This document shows, one piece after another, positions 35,748 through 39,814 of a DNA stretch of 39,814 nucleotides (position 1 is its first letter; every line of letters starts with the position of its first letter). The notes beneath the pieces are model-generated. The model ran no database searches. It was not told where the DNA came from and saw only the letters and a program-made list of their open reading frames with translations. The stretch is from a virus. Taxonomy: Duplodnaviria; Caudoviricetes. The stretch covers positions 1 through 39,814 of the IMG/VR virus record IMGVR_UViG_3300012267_000194; one strand, 5' to 3'. Made by a program: the position numbers and the translations under genes.

Positions 35748-36813
35748 ATTTACAGAGCTTGAAGATATACATTTTGAGATAACAAACAAATGCCAAGCAG
35801 CGTGCCCTATGTGTTCGCGCAATCATCACGGTGGCCAGATTAATCCGCTCATAAAGAACCAAGCCTGGACAATAGAAGATTTTAAAACAATAGCAACTCC
35901 AGAGGTATTAACCCAAATCAAAGGGTTTTATATGTGCGGCAATTTTGGCGATCCTATTATTAACACAGATCTTGTTGATATGATTGAATATGCAGCTCGT
36001 ATTAATCCTGATCTAAACATTCGTATTCATACAAACGGTAGTGCAAGGACAATAGCTTGGTGGGAGCGTTTAGCGAAGGCAATGCCCAAACAGCATAATG
36101 TAATCTTTGCATTAGATGGCTTAGAGGACACGCACCACCTTTATCGCATAGGTACAGATTTTAATCGCATAATTAAAAACGCTCGCGCATTTATGAAAGC
36201 TGGCGGCAGAGCCGAATGGTGTTTTATAAAGTTCAAGCACAACGAGCATCAAGTGGACCTAGCAAGGGAAAGAGCTGAAAAAGAAGGCTTTGCTATGTTT
36301 ACAGAAAAGAATAGTTCACGTTTCATCGGAAGCCCAAAGTTTCCAGTATTCAACACCCAAGGTAACACTGAGTATTATTTAGAACCGCCTAGTATGTCTG
36401 AATTGTCGTACATTACCAATGACATGGTTAGGAACTATAAAGATGTTCTTGCTGATGTTAAGATCGATTGTTACGTGAAACATACCAAAGAAATCTATAT
36501 AGATGCTTATTGTAACGTGTTTCCCTGCTGTTTCCTTGCAAGTACGCCTTATAATTATGCTCCGGATACAGATATTACTAAAGAAATAAGAACTCGCATG
36601 TTAGAGCAATATCGAGAACTAAAGCAAACATTGGGTAACACAAGTGCACTAGAGCATTCGGTTAAAGATATTGTTAGTACTGAAAGTTGGCAAACAGCGT
36701 GGGACTACTATTGGACGCAGAACAAGTTGATAACCTGTGCACGAACATGCGGGCAAGTACCAAATGTACCTAAACCCAAAGACCAGTTTATCAAAGTAGT
36801 AAATTTTGAATGA
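35740..36813 (+). CDS. Radical SAM enzyme with C-terminal SPASM/twitch domain
   Basis: CQAACPMC, 'CGNFGDP', 'HTNGS' and 'FALDGL' motifs, with C-terminal C...VFPCC...CARTC. Start taken as the ATG at 35740. Confidence 0.9.
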   Translation: MFKFTELEDIHFEITNKCQAACPMCSRNHHGGQINPLIKNQAWTIEDFKTIATPEVLTQIKGFYMCGNFGDPIINTDLVDMIEYAARINPDLNIRIHTNGSARTIAWWERLAKAMPKQHNVIFALDGLEDTHHLYRIGTDFNRIIKNARAFMKAGGRAEWCFIKFKHNEHQVDLARERAEKEGFAMFTEKNSSRFIGSPKFPVFNTQGNTEYYLEPPSMSELSYITNDMVRNYKDVLADVKIDCYVKHTKEIYIDAYCNVFPCCFLASTPYNYAPDTDITKEIRTRMLEQYRELKQTLGNTSALEHSVKDIVSTESWQTAWDYYWTQNKLITCARTCGQVPNVPKPKDQFIKVVNFE

Positions 36814-36823
36814 GGAAAAATAA

Positions 36824-37903
36824 ATGAAAGTATCAAAGATACCAGGCCTAGGAAACTATGGCATATTCATCGACGGTGTAGATTTTGATCACCTAACAGA
36901 TGATGAATGGATGGAAATTGGTAACCTGCAAATGGACAATCTCGTTACAATTCTTAGAGATTGTAACCTAGGTTGGGAAAAGCAAACAGATCGAGTTTTG
37001 CGTTGGGGAGATACCCGCTACGGAATACGCTACAATATCTTGAAAAAGTATCCTGGCATGACTTGGACACAGGTTGTTCAAGCATCAATAGCAGACAGTC
37101 CTGAAATAGAAGATGTGGATAAACTGCGTCTTAAGAGTATTGCAAGAATGCAAGAGCATAGTCCAGAAGGCAAACACGTTATGCGTGTAAGCGGCCGGCG
37201 CGACGAGAATGGCAATGCTCTTGGTATGTTTGCAGAAGGCGAACTGCTGTGGCACTCAAACGAAAGCGGCAATTTAGCATTTACGCCAGGTGTTAGTCTA
37301 CTAGGCGCCGAGAATATGATTGGTTCGTCGACTGGGTTCTTAACTACTCCTGATTACTATGAAAATGTCTCTGAAAGGTTTCGCTCTGAACTTGACGAAA
37401 TGGTGTTGATTCACAAGTTTACACCGGGAAAGATCAATCCCGGACTGCGTATGGAACAAGACGAAGTAATGCACAGTAATATGTGTCCTACGGACGGTGT
37501 TGAAATACCGATAGTAATTCAAAGTCCAGGCGGCATCAAAGGCTTGCATTACTCTGTAAACACAATTTACAGCATCAAAGGTATGTCAGAAGAAGACAGT
37601 CAGAAAGTGTTTGATGAGATTAATAAGGAGTTGTTCGTTGATAAGTACATTTACGATCACGAATATAAGAGCAATAATGATTTGTTAATGTTCGATAATT
37701 CAATTACTTTGCACAGAAGGTTAGGCGATATCAAAGATCGGTTGTGTTACCGTATACAACATGACTACTCGAACCTGCAGGACGGTTTTTGGCAGCCTTA
37801 CTTACAAGAGCCTTACAAGAGTAGATACGAAGAGATCATAACTGATTTTGTTGATACAGCAAACATTCAGAACTTTAAATTACCATCTACCAGCAAAATC
37901 TAA
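36824..37903 (+). CDS. TauD/TfdA-family Fe(II)/2OG dioxygenase
   Basis: 'LWHSNES', 'T.F' and a C-terminal 'DLLMFDNSITLHRR...RLCYRI' match the TauD layout. GAGGA RBS present. Confidence 0.8.
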   Translation: MKVSKIPGLGNYGIFIDGVDFDHLTDDEWMEIGNLQMDNLVTILRDCNLGWEKQTDRVLRWGDTRYGIRYNILKKYPGMTWTQVVQASIADSPEIEDVDKLRLKSIARMQEHSPEGKHVMRVSGRRDENGNALGMFAEGELLWHSNESGNLAFTPGVSLLGAENMIGSSTGFLTTPDYYENVSERFRSELDEMVLIHKFTPGKINPGLRMEQDEVMHSNMCPTDGVEIPIVIQSPGGIKGLHYSVNTIYSIKGMSEEDSQKVFDEINKELFVDKYIYDHEYKSNNDLLMFDNSITLHRRLGDIKDRLCYRIQHDYSNLQDGFWQPYLQEPYKSRYEEIITDFVDTANIQNFKLPSTSKI

Positions 37904-38452
37904 TTGCTCTAAAAACAGGTCCTGGTCAAACTGCCATACGGTTTGATCAGTGCCTCGGTAGTTCACTTCTTTTACAGGTTTCATAACGCCAGTCTTTTCC
38001 AAGGCAGGTCCGAATATTTTGTGCACTCTTTGTTGAGTTCCGGCCTCTAACTCATTTGAAGTAATGTACAGTTTGGCATCAGGTGGACACCAGTCTATAC
38101 ATGCAGGAATAAGAAATTGTGCTGTTGGGTTTTGATGCTTAGTAATAACATAGATGCCCCTAAGGCCATTAGCGTAAGTCATTCCTTTTAATCTGTCTGT
38201 AAACACGCAAGTTCTTGCAGCTATGCGGTAACTGTTCGATTCCATAACGTCGTCAAACGAATGTGCAACTACAGAGCCTATAGCTTCGCCTCTATAATAC
38301 AAGAGCCAAGTTTGTTTCTCGCGTTCGTTTCTAAAACAATCCACTAACATTCTTTGTGAAGAATTGTTAGAGAATCCTCTGCGTCCTGCTTCTTTGTAAA
38401 AGTCAGATAAGTTAAGTTCTTGCGTCCAGGGTACTATCTCAAAATCACTCAT
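37880..38452 (-). CDS. GNAT-fold-like protein (possible acyltransferase)
   Basis: The strand pattern 'WLLYYRGEAIGSVVAH...YRIAARTCV' and 'LYITSN' is GNAT-like, but there is no clear acetyl-CoA R/QxxGxG motif. The ATG at 38452 overlaps the upstream gene end. Confidence 0.45.
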   Translation of the reverse strand: MSDFEIVPWTQELNLSDFYKEAGRRGFSNNSSQRMLVDCFRNEREKQTWLLYYRGEAIGSVVAHSFDDVMESNSYRIAARTCVFTDRLKGMTYANGLRGIYVITKHQNPTAQFLIPACIDWCPPDAKLYITSNELEAGTQQRVHKIFGPALEKTGVMKPVKEVNYRGTDQTVWQFDQDLFLEQLDFAGRW

Positions 38453-38999
38453 ATAAGTCACTCGCTAAAAATGAAAGTATTAGAACGCATCTATCCTTGC
38501 TAGAATTGTTGTATGCATAATGCGGCATACTTTCGTTGAATACATTTAATTTGCCTGTTTCGACCGTGCTTGCTTCGTTATTCACTACAAGACCAGCCGT
38601 TCCGGTTACGTCAATACCTAGATGATACTTTATTACATAAGTGTCGTCTGCTCCTGCAATACAATCTTCGTCATGATCTTCGTGGTCGTCTATTTTGCTA
38701 TAGGGCTTTAATACAGAAAACGTAGCAAGAATAGGCTGCACTTTTAATGACTGAATAATTTTTACAGTTTCAAGATTAGCAAACTCGTCGGGCAATCCGC
38801 TAAGCAATTCCTTGTTATAGATAAAAGGAGCAACCTGCCAAAAATGTCCCGTGTCTCGACGATTTTCAACAATGTCATCCATATTGTTGTAGTCATAGAA
38901 CATACGGTTATCTCGCAGGAACTCGTAATCTTTCTGAAAGGTAATTAGGTTGCTGAGTAATAGGTTGCTGTCCACCGCAGACTGCGGTGTCAAGAACAC
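38445..38999 (-). CDS. Aspartyl/asparaginyl beta-hydroxylase-family 2OG oxygenase
   Basis: Motifs 'FSVLKPYSKIDDHED', 'YHLGI' and 'FNESMPHYAYN...DRCVLILSF'. GTG start after a GAGGAG RBS. Confidence 0.8.
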   Translation of the reverse strand: MFLTPQSAVDSNLLLSNLITFQKDYEFLRDNRMFYDYNNMDDIVENRRDTGHFWQVAPFIYNKELLSGLPDEFANLETVKIIQSLKVQPILATFSVLKPYSKIDDHEDHDEDCIAGADDTYVIKYHLGIDVTGTAGLVVNNEASTVETGKLNVFNESMPHYAYNNSSKDRCVLILSFLASDLYE

Positions 39000-39556
39000 T
39001 TTAGTCTCCTCACGTCAATGGTCGATATATAGAAGTCTTTTTCTAATACAAGTTTTACAAGGTCTGCAATTTCTTCTTCTGTGTTAAATGGTTCGTCCGA
39101 TCTCTCCTGGTCTTTTGTGCCGATATTTAACGGACGTATTAATACACTTTGCGGCTGGTTGTTATAGGGATGAATTACACTTAGATCCTGATGTGCTTTG
39201 AGTAAAGCGTGTTTCGCAGCAATGTAATCTGTTTGATGAATAGGAGCTTGCCTAATTAAGTTCCACGAAAATTCTGTGGTCAATCCGCCTATACTAACAA
39301 TCTTACCGTTCTTGTTATTCTGCTCCCACATCTTGTGAATCTCTAACAGTAAGTCGACTTGTGCCGGAAAAATTTTGCACACATTCAACACGTGGTCATA
39401 GTCTAAAGACATTTCGACAATGTCTTTTACAGTTTTTCTGTCAGTCAAGTCGTATCCGGTTGAACGGGATACGCCTGTGCAGTCATGCTTGTCTTTTAGC
39501 GTGTTGTACAAGACTTGGCCTAAGCCACTTGTATGGCCTGTGATTAATAGCTTCAT
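38990..39556 (-). CDS. Short-chain dehydrogenase/reductase (SDR)-like oxidoreductase
   Basis: Rossmann motif LITGHTSGLG, 'GKIVSIG' and catalytic YxxxK (YIAAK). Confidence 0.8.
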   Translation of the reverse strand: MKLLITGHTSGLGQVLYNTLKDKHDCTGVSRSTGYDLTDRKTVKDIVEMSLDYDHVLNVCKIFPAQVDLLLEIHKMWEQNNKNGKIVSIGGLTTEFSWNLIRQAPIHQTDYIAAKHALLKAHQDLSVIHPYNNQPQSVLIRPLNIGTKDQERSDEPFNTEEEIADLVKLVLEKDFYISTIDVRRLKCS

Positions 39557-39813
39557 AAAAATGTTTCGCAGTTCTGTAGATCTAAGTTCAAAATGTCTTC
39601 GGTCATAACACCTCCGTATATATGTGATCTAGTGTTACAGCCATTATTTGTTGTGCTGTGTAAGTACGTGGTATTTACAAGGTATATCCATCCGTCTGCT
39701 GGGATATGAACTTTTTTGCCATCTATAGTAAACGTTGCTTGCTCGTTTGTTTCTATAGGAATATGGAACCTAAGTTTTTCAGGACTGTCTTGATGTGGTG
39801 GCAAGTTAGTTCC
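39553..39813 (-). CDS. Aspartyl/asparaginyl beta-hydroxylase-like 2OG oxygenase (5'-truncated by window edge)
   Basis: The frame stays open to the window end (..GTNLPPHQD). Motifs HxD, 'RFHIPIETN' and 'HSTTNNG...RSH'. Confidence 0.75.
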   Translation of the reverse strand, partial: GTNLPPHQDSPEKLRFHIPIETNEQATFTIDGKKVHIPADGWIYLVNTTYLHSTTNNGCNTRSHIYGGVMTEDILNLDLQNCETFL

Positions 39814-39814
39814 C

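Noticed and set aside
26611-36813. Radical SAM genes as QueE (7-deazaguanine DNA modification), MoaA or NrdG
   Set aside because: No QueC/QueD/FolE/DpdA, Moa or NrdD partners are seen in the window. The sizes and auxiliary Cys patterns do not specifically fit. This is not fully excluded without a search.
23486-39814. Interpretation as a bacterial O-antigen/capsule locus or host contamination
   Set aside because: No flippase, polymerase, ABC exporter or other membrane proteins are evident. The genes are contiguous with phage tail genes and share late-promoter-like boxes.
1-39814. Stop-codon reassignment, introns/inteins, tRNAs, intrinsic terminators
   Set aside because: Standard-code ORFs tile the window almost completely, and TAA, TGA and TAG all act as stops. 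Intergenic gaps are under 80 nt. I saw no convincing intein, homing-endonuclease, tRNA or hairpin-polyU signature by eye.

Overview
The window looks like part of a large (probably jumbo) T4-like myophage genome. It is densely coded in the standard genetic code, at roughly 40% GC by eye. The left part (1-23085, all + strand) is a baseplate/tail module. It holds a 5'-truncated gp6-like baseplate wedge protein, a 4504-aa multidomain virion protein, a small structural protein, three tail fibres sharing an N-terminal module, and a 321-aa probable virion protein. Several of these genes are preceded by T4-late-like (A/T/G)ATAAATA boxes. The right part (23140-39814) is a contiguous cluster of about 16.7 kb and 19 genes on alternating strands, still running at the window end. 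It encodes five glycosyltransferase-like proteins, an NDP-sugar 6-dehydrogenase, three radical SAM enzymes, four Fe(II)/2-oxoglutarate oxygenases, a miniature DegT-type aminotransferase, an amidinotransferase, a methyltransferase-like protein, a GNAT-like protein and an SDR. The best candidate for an undescribed system is this phage-encoded biosynthetic cluster. It could make a heavily tailored, possibly guanidinylated sugar by streptidine-like logic and attach it to the neighbouring virion proteins or another target. All family calls come from motif recognition by eye; no database searches were run.
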